64,000 nucleotides of DNA from SAR202 cluster bacterium (lineage in GTDB: Bacteria > Chloroflexota > Dehalococcoidia > Lucifugimonadales > UBA826). The notes beneath the pieces were generated by a model, which was given only the letters and a program-made list of their open reading frames with translations, ran no database searches and had not been told where the DNA came from. Positions 27,556 to 36,806 of the stretch are shown here, piece by piece. Every line of letters starts with the position of its first letter. Within the stretch, counting starts at the first letter, position 1. The stretch covers positions 2,379 through 66,378 of the forward strand of contig RQOP01000044.1 in the NCBI GenBank assembly GCA_008373095.1. The letters run 5' to 3'. The position numbers were made by a program, and so were the translations under genes.

Positions 27556-28374
27556 ATGAGTGGAGCTGATTACTCTTTTTCAACGTTTTCTAAGAACGAA
27601 TTCTACGCGCAATTAAATGCAAGATTGGTTGATATGGCTGAGGTTGGATCAGATCGACGAATTGTGGATTTAGCCTGCGGTACGGGTGGAGTTACCCGAC
27701 TAATTTTGGAAAGAATTAATCGAACACGGGACACGGTTGTAATAGCTCTTGACCATTCACAGTCAGCTTTGAAGGCTGCTATGGAAGACCTCATGGATAT
27801 TTCTGACAATGCTGTTAAGTTTGTCCAAAGTGGTGTTGAGAATGTGTCGGAAGCTGTTAAAGACTCTGTAGACACCATTGTGTTCTGTAATGCTATTCAC
27901 TACCTTCCTGATAAAGACAAGGTGGTTCACGATATTGGGGACGCTTTGCGGACAGGGGGAAAATTCGCATTTAATACATCCTTTTATGAAGGCGGCCAAC
28001 ACGAAGATTCTTCCGCTTTTTACAGTAAATGGATGTTCAAAGCTTTTAGGATTCTTAGAAAAGAATATGGGTTAAAACCAGATAAAACAGCAAAGGTAGA
28101 ATCAAGGAGACAATTAACTCCTGACGAGTACAGTGATTTATTGGAAAGAAATGGGCTTACTATACTTAGACAAAAAGTTGATACTGTCCAGGTTCCTATA
28201 GAAGGTTGGCTGGATATAAGTACATTTTCTGATTTTATTGAAGGTACTATGCCTGGTGTCCCTATGGAAGAAGCTAGTGCAGCTCTCCAAGAAGGTATAA
28301 GGCAAACTTATTCTGAGCTTAATGTGACGCATGTACCAAGAAATTGGCTCGATATTATTGCTGTGAAGCGTTGA
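27556..28374 (+). CDS. Class I SAM-dependent methyltransferase
   Basis: 272 aa. Motif I RIVDLACGTGGVT and post-I/II spacing. Confidence 0.8.
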   Translation: MSGADYSFSTFSKNEFYAQLNARLVDMAEVGSDRRIVDLACGTGGVTRLILERINRTRDTVVIALDHSQSALKAAMEDLMDISDNAVKFVQSGVENVSEAVKDSVDTIVFCNAIHYLPDKDKVVHDIGDALRTGGKFAFNTSFYEGGQHEDSSAFYSKWMFKAFRILRKEYGLKPDKTAKVESRRQLTPDEYSDLLERNGLTILRQKVDTVQVPIEGWLDISTFSDFIEGTMPGVPMEEASAALQEGIRQTYSELNVTHVPRNWLDIIAVKR

Positions 28375-28516
28375 GCCTAGCGTATTGTCATTTTCTCAGG
28401 TGAATCATTAAAAGAGCGTATGTCCGGTTTTAGCTAAATTGCTTACTTATATCTTCACTTAATCTATAATTGATACTGGCGGTTTTTTAGTTCAATTTTT
28501 TAGTTTATTCGACACA

Positions 28517-29731
28517 GTGAGACCATCTATGACGTTATCGAATGATCTTCCAGACGAAGCAGGCAGATATGGGCAATTTGGCGGTAGATATGTTCCAGAA
28601 ACATTGATGCCAGCAATAAATGAGTTGGAAGAATCTTATAGGAAAGTTCAAGCGGACGAGGAATTCCAGGCGGAATTATCAAACTTGCTAGTTAATTTTG
28701 TAGGAAGACCCACTGAATTGTACTTTGCCCCCAACCTAACAAAAAGATTTGGTGGTGCAAAAATTTTTCTTAAACGTGAGGACTTGGCACATACCGGCGC
28801 TCATAAGATTAATAATGCCTTGGGCCAGGGACTTTTGGCGAAGAAGATGGGAAAGACTCGAATAATAGCTGAAACTGGTGCGGGCCAACATGGCGTGGCT
28901 ACAGCTACAGTATGTGCCAAACTCGGATTGGACTGCGTTGTTTATATGGGGGAGGAGGATATAAGAAGACAGGCGTTAAATGTTTTTAGAATGAAATTAC
29001 TGGGGGCTGAAGTTATTTCTGTGGACTCTGGTAGCAAAACACTTAAAGATGCTATTAACGAGGCGATGAGAGACTGGGTGACCAATGTGGATGATTCATA
29101 CTATTTGATTGGTAGTGTAGTAGGACCTCATCCTTACCCCATGATAGTACGTGATTTTCAAAGAATAATAGGACAGGAAAGCAGAAAACAAATTTTAGAA
29201 CAAATTGGAAGCTTGCCAGATTATGTAATAGCTTGTGTTGGAGGTGGAAGTAATGCTATGGGCCTGTTCTACGATTTTATTGGCGATGAGGGAGTCAACT
29301 TGGTAGGAGTGGAGGCAGGAGGAGATGGTATAGAATCTGGCCGACATTCGGCTACAATTTCCGCCGGATCGGTAGGTGTTTTGCACGGTAGTATGTCTTA
29401 TCTAATTCAAAATGAAGATGGTCAGATTATAGAGACTCATAGTATTTCAGCAGGATTAGATTATCCTGGGGTTGGCCCAGAACATAGCTGGTTGAACGAC
29501 AGCAATAGAGCATCATACGTAAGTGTGGATGATGTTCAGGCCCTTGAAGGCTTCAAATTATTATGTGAGTCCGAAGGAATAATTCCAGCACTTGAACCTG
29601 CACATGCGGTGTATCACGTTTCTCAATTAGCCCCTACTTTGAGTAAAGATCAGGTTATATTGATGGGCTTGTCTGGTCGTGGGGATAAGGACATGGAGAC
29701 CGTGGCAACAGAAATGGACGTTCAGGTTTAG
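28517..29731 (+). CDS. trpB: Tryptophan synthase beta chain
   Basis: 404 aa. [18 protein letters not shown]-lysine motif [21 protein letters not shown]. Confidence 0.92.
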   Translation: MRPSMTLSNDLPDEAGRYGQFGGRYVPETLMPAINELEESYRKVQADEEFQAELSNLLVNFVGRPTELYFAPNLTKRFGGAKIFLKREDLAHTGAHKINNALGQGLLAKKMGKTRIIAETGAGQHGVATATVCAKLGLDCVVYMGEEDIRRQALNVFRMKLLGAEVISVDSGSKTLKDAINEAMRDWVTNVDDSYYLIGSVVGPHPYPMIVRDFQRIIGQESRKQILEQIGSLPDYVIACVGGGSNAMGLFYDFIGDEGVNLVGVEAGGDGIESGRHSATISAGSVGVLHGSMSYLIQNEDGQIIETHSISAGLDYPGVGPEHSWLNDSNRASYVSVDDVQALEGFKLLCESEGIIPALEPAHAVYHVSQLAPTLSKDQVILMGLSGRGDKDMETVATEMDVQV

Positions 29732-29738
29732 CTTTGAG

Positions 29739-30137
29739 ATGGTACTAATTGATTCTAGGGTGGCACATGGAATCTTGTGGAGAATACCACCTCTAATTTT
29801 ACTAATCTCTTTTTTGGTTCCCTCAATGGGGGTTATGTTTGACCACCATTTTCCGGAGAGAGACCCATACCACTCTCATTTGACTCATGTAGCAAAACAT
29901 ACGCATGTAGGTTTAGTTGAGCATACTCACCCTGAATCAGATATTCCCTTACCTTCCACTCCAGTTTTTGTAACAAAAGACTTGGGAATAGGGCCGGCCG
30001 GAATTCATATTGATCTGTTAAAAACAGAGCACCGAGTGCCGAGTGCTCCCCTTGAATTAAGTAACTTGTTGATTTCAAACATAGTCTTTTATAAAAACGC
30101 AACTTCGACTGTTGAGATTCCCCCACCAATCCTATAG
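29739..30137 (+). CDS. Hypothetical His-rich membrane-anchored protein
   Basis: One N-terminal TM helix (ILWRIPPLILLISFLVPSMGVMF), then FDHHFPERDPYHSHLTHVAKHTHVGLVEHTHPE. Start moved to the ATG 7 nt after the trpB stop. No family recognised. Confidence 0.45.
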   Translation: MVLIDSRVAHGILWRIPPLILLISFLVPSMGVMFDHHFPERDPYHSHLTHVAKHTHVGLVEHTHPESDIPLPSTPVFVTKDLGIGPAGIHIDLLKTEHRVPSAPLELSNLLISNIVFYKNATSTVEIPPPIL

Positions 30138-30190
30138 TGAGTACTTCTAGAAATGTAGTTTGCCCTTAATTAGGAAGGTGGAGAGAATAA

Positions 30191-30742
30191 ATGCTCTGGC
30201 TCCGTGCCATTATTTTGGTATCGCTGTTACTTTTAGGACTAAATATTCAATCGGTATCTTTGGTTGAAGCTAATGGTTCAATACGCTCATATGAAAAAAA
30301 AGTAATTGGAAAATACATCATAGGTTTAGGTACAGCCCCTCCATCTCCAACGATCGGTGTGACTCATTTTGCTGCCTTTGTGGAAGATAAGGAAACGGGC
30401 GTGAAATATATGGACGCTGACATAGAGTTCTTTGCGGTTCTTTCAGGCCCTAACCAACAGAAAATAGGTCCTTACCAAATGAATAATAGTCTTATGGACC
30501 CAATGTATTACGAGGTTGATACCTCCTTAAAAGAAGAAGGAATTTGGCTAGTAACATTGGTAATAACAATAGGGGAAGAAAATCTTTCTTCTGTTGTGTA
30601 TGAGGTTGAAGTTAAAAAACAAAACCCGATGGTACCTATTTTGACGGTGGGAACCCTGCTGTTTTTCCTAGGCATTCTGAGTTTGTCGCTTCGTTCTTGG
30701 GTGAAAGAATATAAAAAGAAACGAAAAATCAGGAACGGTTAA
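30191..30742 (+). CDS. Hypothetical exported protein with C-terminal TM anchor (YtkA/FixH-like beta-sandwich suspected)
   Basis: 183 aa. Signal peptide, ~120-aa soluble domain (GVTHFAAFVEDKETGVKYMDADIEF...EEGIWLVTLVI), C-terminal TM helix plus KKKRK. Fold assignment is by resemblance only. Confidence 0.5.
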   Translation: MLWLRAIILVSLLLLGLNIQSVSLVEANGSIRSYEKKVIGKYIIGLGTAPPSPTIGVTHFAAFVEDKETGVKYMDADIEFFAVLSGPNQQKIGPYQMNNSLMDPMYYEVDTSLKEEGIWLVTLVITIGEENLSSVVYEVEVKKQNPMVPILTVGTLLFFLGILSLSLRSWVKEYKKKRKIRNG

Positions 30743-31524
30743 TGAAAAAAAATAAATTCACGGCATATATTGCTGTTGTAGCTTTTTTATTCGTTTTATC
30801 AATAGCTTGTGGCTCTTCAGAAAGTGATCAATTTTCGACTAGTACAGAATTTGATATTGTGATCGATGGTGGAAATTTGGTTGGTGATGTTGACACTTTA
30901 AGGATAAAGAAAAATGAGGATGTCATTTTAAATTTTGCCTCTGATTCTGAAATTACAGTTCACTTACATGGATATGATATTGAGAAGACGATTTCAGCAG
31001 AGCATACTTCTGTCATGGAATTCAAAGCCAATGCCACAGGAAGATTTGTGGTAACTACTCACGAAGTAAAATCAGACCATCACGGGGACCATGGTTCACA
31101 TTCGGGTCATGGGCATATGGCCGCTGATACTGAGGCTCATGCAGTTTTATTTGAATCTGAGACCTTAAGTTCAGGAGATACCTATAAATATGAGATACCT
31201 ACTGATTTTAAGGAGACTATCATCCCATATCATGATCATATGAGTCATGATTCTATTGGCCAAATAGAGGTGTCGGAGCATCACGGGATTGCTGGCGAGG
31301 TATTTGTGACTGTAAAAGATGGAGAGCACCAGTTTTATCCCGAAACTGTGGTGGTGAAGCCAGGAGCCAAGATTGAATGGACAATTGAATCAGAAGCAAA
31401 AGTCCGAATTACCAGTGGCTTGCCTCAACATATGAATCAGCCATCAGCCCATAGTGATCACTCAAGTCACTCAAATGGTGAATCAGAAGAAAAGACCTTA
31501 ATAACCCTGGAAGTTTATCCGTAG
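30742..31524 (+). CDS. Hypothetical His-rich lipoprotein (cupredoxin-like domains suspected)
   Basis: 260 aa. Lipobox-like LSIAC. His runs HEVKSDHHGDHGSHSGHGHM and PSAHSDHSSHSNGE. Segments ITVHLHGYD and IIPYHDHMSHDSIGQIEV. 1-nt overlap with the upstream gene. Confidence 0.55.
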   Translation: MKKNKFTAYIAVVAFLFVLSIACGSSESDQFSTSTEFDIVIDGGNLVGDVDTLRIKKNEDVILNFASDSEITVHLHGYDIEKTISAEHTSVMEFKANATGRFVVTTHEVKSDHHGDHGSHSGHGHMAADTEAHAVLFESETLSSGDTYKYEIPTDFKETIIPYHDHMSHDSIGQIEVSEHHGIAGEVFVTVKDGEHQFYPETVVVKPGAKIEWTIESEAKVRITSGLPQHMNQPSAHSDHSSHSNGESEEKTLITLEVYP

Positions 31525-31540
31525 CTCATTTTGTGAAATT

Positions 31541-33076
31541 GTGATCACTAAAATAAAAATATACATGGCACTAACCATTTTGGGTCTTTCTACTCTTTTG
31601 TTTGTTCCTAAAGTTAGTGCCCACGGCTTCGGAGAAAGATACGATTTACCTATTCCATTAAGCTATTTTCTTATTGGTTCTGCTCTTGCAGTAGCCTTAT
31701 CTTTTGCCGTTATTGGTTGGTTTATTCGCTCTAGTGCCAACAATTCTGAGTATCCAAGGTTTAATATTTATCGATTTTCTTTAATAGAATTAGTTTGCAA
31801 AATTGCTTCCAAAATATTCGGGTTGATTTCGGTTCTGATTCTCTTTCTATCGATTCACACAGGCCTTATCGGTACTTCAAATGCGATAGAAAATTTTGCG
31901 CCTGTTTTTGTCTGGATCATATGGTGGGTTGGAGTCGGATATGTCGTCTGTCTGGTGGGTAATATATGGTTAATTATGAATCCTTGGTTAGTTATATTTA
32001 ACTACGTGGAACAATTATTTGGTAAGCGGACAGGGCTTGTAGAATGGCCCAAAAAACTCGATGCGTGGCCGGCCCTAGGGTTTTTTCTTCTATTCGCTTG
32101 GATTGAAAATGTACATCCTGCCAGTTCCGAGCCGTTCAGTTTGGCAATTCTATTAATAATTTATTCCTTCATAACATGGGGAGGAATGATTTTATTTGGG
32201 AAACATGTGTGGTTAACACATGGTGATCCATTTTTTGTTCTATTTAATTTGTTTGCTCGCTTTTCTGCGACAGAGATAAGGGTGATTGGTAGCAAAAATT
32301 GGTGTACCCGTTGTTCTTCTGGATGCGAGGAAAACCTACATTTGACCGATTGTGTTGATTGTTATGAATGTTGGGAAAATGCACCTTCAAGAAATAGAGA
32401 ATTTTCATTGAGGCCCTGGTCGGCTGGCTTGTCTCGAGGAGATCGAGTTACACCGGCAATAATGTTTTTCCATGTGACTGCACTGGCTACGGTTTCCTTT
32501 GACGGATTTTCTGAAACTCCTGGTTGGGTTGAGATACAGACCATTTTGTGGCCCTTAATTGATCCACTTCCTGGTTCCGCGGCCGGTACGGTGGAAACAT
32601 TGGGAATAATTTTGGTTCCCATTATTTTTGCAGGGGTCTATTTGTACGTATGTGGCTTTATATCTCGAATGTCTTATGGGCAAATGACGCCCACCGATAT
32701 TAGGATGAGTTTTGTATTTTCGTTAGTTCCAATAGCCATAGCGTACAATCTCTCTCATTACCTGTCCTTTCTACTAATTACGGGACAGGAAATAATTCCC
32801 CTTGTGTCAGATCCTTATGGTTTTGGATGGAATTTGTTCGGCACAACAGACTTTAAAATCAATATAGCTATTATTGATGCTAGATTTGCATGGATTTTTT
32901 CTGTTATTGCCTTGGTAACAGGGCACATAATATCCGTATTTACTGCCCACGTAATAGCTTTGAGAAAAACAAAGACTCATTCCGTGGCTGTCAGAAGTCA
33001 ATATCCGATGCTACTTTTAATGGTGTTTTACACGGCTGTGAGCCTTTGGATAGTGGCCCAGCCAATTGTGGAATAG
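31541..33076 (+). CDS. Hypothetical polytopic membrane protein with Cys-rich loop
   Basis: 511 aa, over 10 hydrophobic segments. Signal-like N-terminus ending VSAHGFGERYDLPIP. Loop WCTRCSSGCEENLHLTDCVDCYECW. GTG start. No family recognised. Confidence 0.6.
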   Translation: MITKIKIYMALTILGLSTLLFVPKVSAHGFGERYDLPIPLSYFLIGSALAVALSFAVIGWFIRSSANNSEYPRFNIYRFSLIELVCKIASKIFGLISVLILFLSIHTGLIGTSNAIENFAPVFVWIIWWVGVGYVVCLVGNIWLIMNPWLVIFNYVEQLFGKRTGLVEWPKKLDAWPALGFFLLFAWIENVHPASSEPFSLAILLIIYSFITWGGMILFGKHVWLTHGDPFFVLFNLFARFSATEIRVIGSKNWCTRCSSGCEENLHLTDCVDCYECWENAPSRNREFSLRPWSAGLSRGDRVTPAIMFFHVTALATVSFDGFSETPGWVEIQTILWPLIDPLPGSAAGTVETLGIILVPIIFAGVYLYVCGFISRMSYGQMTPTDIRMSFVFSLVPIAIAYNLSHYLSFLLITGQEIIPLVSDPYGFGWNLFGTTDFKINIAIIDARFAWIFSVIALVTGHIISVFTAHVIALRKTKTHSVAVRSQYPMLLLMVFYTAVSLWIVAQPIVE

Positions 33077-33140
33077 TTTTTATCTTGCTAAATTGTGATC
33101 ATTAGAAAATTTAGGTTGCATACTCAAAAGAGAGGACAGG

Positions 33141-33365
33141 ATGTCTAATGAACCAGAAAACGTTCAATCCTACATTTGTCCGAAGTGCTCAAATAACTCA
33201 TTTGAGACAGGTGAAATTCGGACAACAGGATCAGGGCTTTCAAGATTTTTGGATCTTCAGAATCAAAAATTCGCTCACATAACCTGCGACAGTTGTGGGT
33301 ATACCGAGTTTTTCAAAAGGCGTGGAGGTCGTGCAGGAAATATACTTGATTTGTTTAGCGGATAG
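33141..33365 (+). CDS. Small zinc-ribbon protein (DUF2082-like)
   Basis: 74 aa. CPKC...CDSCGYTEFF, two CxxC pairs. Confidence 0.6.
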   Translation: MSNEPENVQSYICPKCSNNSFETGEIRTTGSGLSRFLDLQNQKFAHITCDSCGYTEFFKRRGGRAGNILDLFSG

Positions 33366-33400
33366 GATTTGCTATAACTGTAAAGGTTAGGAGTTGGATA

Positions 33401-34489
33401 ATGGAAGGTAGGAAAGTCACAATATTGGGGGGCGGGAATACTGCGTTTTCTGTAGCTGCTCGATTATCCCATATGGGGAACGATATATGTCTTCTTGAGC
33501 ACCCGGATTTTGCAGAATCTATTTCAAATATATCGGCTACTAAAACAATTATTTTGGAAGGTGTTTTAGAAACTGGCCCAGCTTCAATTGAAAAAATAAC
33601 ATTGGATCCTTCTGAGGCCTTAGAATTCTCTGATTTGTTATTGTTAATTGTTCCTGCCTATGCGCACAAACCTTTTGCTGAATTTTGTGGTCCTTATCTT
33701 ACTGATGATCATACTGTTGTGGTTATGCCGGGAACCTTGGGATCCTTGGAATGGAAAATATTAGCTTCTGAATTCGGGGCGAATAATATGACCGTTGCAG
33801 AAGTTGATACGGCTCCCTATGTTTGTAGAAAGACTTCCAGCAATAGTGCAGTTATATGGGGAGAAGTAACTGCTTTAGGATTGGGAGTCATCCCGTCTTC
33901 AGAAACTTCCTCTGTGCAGGAGATGTTGCAGCCTCTTTTTCCAGGGATTACGGCATATTCAGATTCTTTGGAATGTGGTTTATCTGCCATGAATCCGGTC
34001 GTCCACCCGGCTGGGGTTTTAATGAATGCTGGAAGGGTTGAATATTCCCGAGGAGACTTTTATTTCTATGAAGAGGGGGTTTCCAGTTCTGTCGCAAAGG
34101 TGATTGAGACCGTAGATGTTGAAAGAAGGGCGATTGGTACTGCTCTCGGCTATGAACTTGTCCCAGTAGCAGAAGGATTTCACGAAGCCGGGTTCGGACC
34201 TAGAGGCAACCTTTGGGAAGTCATAAATGGCAGTCATATGCTCACCAGACTAAAAGCTCCTGGTTCTTTGGATACTAGATGGTTATCAGAGGATATTCCT
34301 TTTGGTATATCAGCGTGGAGCAAAATTGGTAAACAATATGGCATTAGTTGTCCAGTGATGGATTCGTTTGTTCAAATTGGGAACATTGTCATGAATGCAG
34401 CTGGGAGTGAGGGAAGAGGTCCAAAAGATTTTGGAATCGAGAATTTATCTTTGCCTGAGTTGAAAAATTACCTTCTAACAGGAATTTAA
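33401..34489 (+). CDS. NAD(P)-dependent opine (octopine/nopaline) dehydrogenase-family protein
   Basis: 362 aa. N-terminal Rossmann KVTILGGGNTAFSVAARLS. Length and C-terminal helical domain fit the opine dehydrogenase family. Confidence 0.7.
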   Translation: MEGRKVTILGGGNTAFSVAARLSHMGNDICLLEHPDFAESISNISATKTIILEGVLETGPASIEKITLDPSEALEFSDLLLLIVPAYAHKPFAEFCGPYLTDDHTVVVMPGTLGSLEWKILASEFGANNMTVAEVDTAPYVCRKTSSNSAVIWGEVTALGLGVIPSSETSSVQEMLQPLFPGITAYSDSLECGLSAMNPVVHPAGVLMNAGRVEYSRGDFYFYEEGVSSSVAKVIETVDVERRAIGTALGYELVPVAEGFHEAGFGPRGNLWEVINGSHMLTRLKAPGSLDTRWLSEDIPFGISAWSKIGKQYGISCPVMDSFVQIGNIVMNAAGSEGRGPKDFGIENLSLPELKNYLLTGI

Positions 34490-34558
34490 TAATCGACGTG
34501 TCATAAAATTGGATTCTTTGTGGATGTTTAGATATGGCTATCTGCATGGAAGCTTGGT

Positions 34559-34588
34559 TTGACCCTTAATTAGCTTGAGCAGTATAAT
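34559..34588 (+). promoter_or_regulatory. Candidate sigma-70-type promoter of the pur cluster (TTGACC-N18-TATAAT)
   Basis: Read directly: TTGACC 34559-34564 and TATAAT 34583-34588. This implies a ~145-nt leader before the purF ATG. Confidence 0.45.
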
Positions 34589-34740
34589 TCGGGCGCAGTG
34601 GTTTGGATTGGGATGAGCTTTGTCGTAAACACCGCAATTCCTGTGGAGTAAAGGTAATCAAACAGGACAGCCGGTCCAGCTTCCATACCGAGGTTAACCC
34701 CTTAATTTCGAAGGAATTTCCTTCGACGGGCGGCGACACC

Positions 34741-36126
34741 ATGAAAGAAGCGTGTGGAATAGTCGGTGTGTATGCCAGAGAGGAGGATGTAGCGAGGTCG
34801 GTATTTTTTGGATTGTATGCACTTCAGCACCGAGGTCAGGAAAGTGCTGGGATAGCGGCAACGGATGGTCGTAGAATTCGGCTTCACACGGAAATGGGAC
34901 TTGTTTCCCAGGCTTTTCAAGAGAATGATCTATCTCATCTGTCTGGCCATATAGCTATTGGGCATACCAGATACTCAACTACTGGTTCGAGTAATATTAA
35001 TAACGCTCAACCTATACTTTGCAATGGGACAAGCGTTGAAATGGCCCTTGCTCATAATGGGAATGTGATCAATGCCGTTGACCTCAGAGAGGAATTACTG
35101 GATTGGGGTGTTCAATTTCAATCTTCGGCGGATTCAGAGATCATAGCCCACCTAATTGCCAACGCACCGGCAGAAAATTGGTCTGAACGGATTGCATACG
35201 CTATGCGTAGACTTCAAGGAGCCTATTCCTTAGTTATTATGACTAATAGGGAAGTTTTGGGAGTAAGGGATCCTTTAGGTGTAAGGCCTCTCTGTATAGG
35301 TAAATTAAATTCAGGTTGGGTGTTAGCTTCCGAATCATGTGCCCTGGATCATATTGGTGCCGAGTTTGTGAGGGAAGTTGAACCTGGAGAAGCCGTCTTA
35401 ATTGATGACAATGGCCTTACATCGATTTACCAAAAACCAAAAGATGGGGTTTTTGGAAGATGCGTATTTGAACAAATATATTTTGCTAGGCCAGATTCAT
35501 TATTGAATGGGCAGTTGGTTTATAGCAATAGGTTGGCCATGGGAGCGCAGTTGTCGAAAGAACACCCAGTTGAAGCAGATTTGGTAATAGGTGTTCCTGA
35601 TTCGGCTACTGCCTCAGCTGTCGGATATTCACAGGAATCGGGTATCCCTTTTACAGAAGGCCTAGTGAAGAATCGCTATGTGGGTAGAACTTTTATATTG
35701 CCAGATCAGCGTCTTCGAGAACTTGGCGTTCGAAGGAAATTAAATTTACTTCCTCAGATCCTAGAAGGGAAAAAAGTAGTAGTTGTTGATGACAGCATAG
35801 TAAGGGGAACTACGACTCCACATGTTGTTAATCTTTTGAAAAAAGGTGGTGCAAAAGAGGTTCACGTTCGGATTTGCGCTCCCCCTATAGTTTCTCCTTG
35901 TCATTTTGGGGTAGATATGGCTACTAAAGCCGAGTTGATAGCAAGTACAAATTCGGTTGATGAAATCCGAGAGTTTATTGGGGCTGATTCACTTGGGTTT
36001 TTAAGTGAGGAAGGTTTGCTAAAAGCAGTATCTGGCGAGAGAAGCGAATATTGCATGGGATGTTTCACTGGCACATATCCAATACCGGTTCAATTAGAAA
36101 TGGATAAATTAGTTCTAGAAACTTAA
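34741..36126 (+). CDS. purF: Amidophosphoribosyltransferase
   Basis: Start moved to ATG 34741 (MKEA-CGIVGVYA), because PurF needs an N-terminal nucleophile Cys after a short propeptide. Also has the PRTase motif VVVVDDSIVRGTT and C-terminal Cys ligands. Confidence 0.9.
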   Translation: MKEACGIVGVYAREEDVARSVFFGLYALQHRGQESAGIAATDGRRIRLHTEMGLVSQAFQENDLSHLSGHIAIGHTRYSTTGSSNINNAQPILCNGTSVEMALAHNGNVINAVDLREELLDWGVQFQSSADSEIIAHLIANAPAENWSERIAYAMRRLQGAYSLVIMTNREVLGVRDPLGVRPLCIGKLNSGWVLASESCALDHIGAEFVREVEPGEAVLIDDNGLTSIYQKPKDGVFGRCVFEQIYFARPDSLLNGQLVYSNRLAMGAQLSKEHPVEADLVIGVPDSATASAVGYSQESGIPFTEGLVKNRYVGRTFILPDQRLRELGVRRKLNLLPQILEGKKVVVVDDSIVRGTTTPHVVNLLKKGGAKEVHVRICAPPIVSPCHFGVDMATKAELIASTNSVDEIREFIGADSLGFLSEEGLLKAVSGERSEYCMGCFTGTYPIPVQLEMDKLVLET

Positions 36127-36142
36127 AAATAGGTGCTAACCA

Positions 36143-36772
36143 TTGAGCGAATTGGGTGTTGAAAGCATCTCTCTGGGAATTTTAGCCTCTCATGGAGGAA
36201 CCAATTTACAGGCCATTATCGATGCTTGTGAAACTGGCTCTATTGATGCACATGTAGCCGTCGTAGTGAGTAACAATTCAAAATCCTACTCTTTACAAAG
36301 GGCTAGAAGCTCTGGGATCCCGGCCTTTCATTTGAGTTCTCAAACTCATTCTAAAAAGAAAGATTTAGATTTAGCTATAGCGGGCATTTTGAAAAAATAT
36401 AAGGTGGATTTAATAATATTGGCCGGTTATATGAAACGAATAGGGCCGATCGTCTTAAAAGCTTTTCATAATAGAGTAATAAACAGCCATCCAGCTTTAC
36501 TCCCAAAATATGGAGGAAAAGGAATGTATGGAGATCGTGTGCACGAAGCGGTTGTGAAAGATAAATCAGAGGAAAGTGGGATCACGATACACTTAGTAGA
36601 TGAAGAGTATGACAATGGAGCGATAATCAACCAGAAAATTGTAGCTGTTGATCCTTTTGGGGGAGTTGATTCTGTGAGAGATGAGATTCAGCGTCACGAA
36701 CATATCTTCTGGATAGAAACTTTAAATAAGATTCAAAAGAAGGAGATTGATTTGGACAAGCTAGGTGTTTAA
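36143..36772 (+). CDS. purN: Phosphoribosylglycinamide formyltransferase
   Basis: ILASHGGTNLQAIIDA, LIILAGYMKRI, INSHPALLPKYGG and GITIHLVDEEYDNGAII motifs. Confidence 0.88.
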   Translation: MSELGVESISLGILASHGGTNLQAIIDACETGSIDAHVAVVVSNNSKSYSLQRARSSGIPAFHLSSQTHSKKKDLDLAIAGILKKYKVDLIILAGYMKRIGPIVLKAFHNRVINSHPALLPKYGGKGMYGDRVHEAVVKDKSEESGITIHLVDEEYDNGAIINQKIVAVDPFGGVDSVRDEIQRHEHIFWIETLNKIQKKEIDLDKLGV

Positions 36773-36806
36773 ACCAATTAGATTGTCAATTAAGTCATAC
36801 TAGGCT

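Noticed and set aside
28375-28516. T-box or Trp leader-peptide attenuator upstream of trpB
   Set aside because: No T-box sequence, no specifier or terminator-antiterminator pair, and no Trp-rich mini-ORF found by eye. Only a weak TTACTT-N16-TATAAT promoter-like pair.
29679-29738. Track start at 29679 for the His-rich protein, overlapping the trpB 3' end by 53 nt
   Set aside because: The N-terminal 20 residues ([20 protein letters not shown]) are encoded within trpB in another frame. The ATG at 29739 sits just after the trpB stop and immediately precedes the TM helix.
34603-34740. Track ORF start at 34603, which gives purF a 46-aa N-terminal extension
   Set aside because: PurF needs Cys as the mature N-terminal nucleophile after only a short propeptide. 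ATG 34741 gives MKEA-CGIVG. The upstream in-frame stretch starts at a TTG, lies within the leader transcribed from the best promoter candidate, and looks non-coding.
34589-34740. Known riboswitch classes (purine, ZTP/pfl, PRPP/ykkC-like) in the purF leader
   Set aside because: I could not find the conserved cores I remember for those classes, for example the CCGCCUGGGC-type pseudoknot strand of ZTP or the purine J2/3 UUUCUACC-type junction. Left as an unassigned structured leader.
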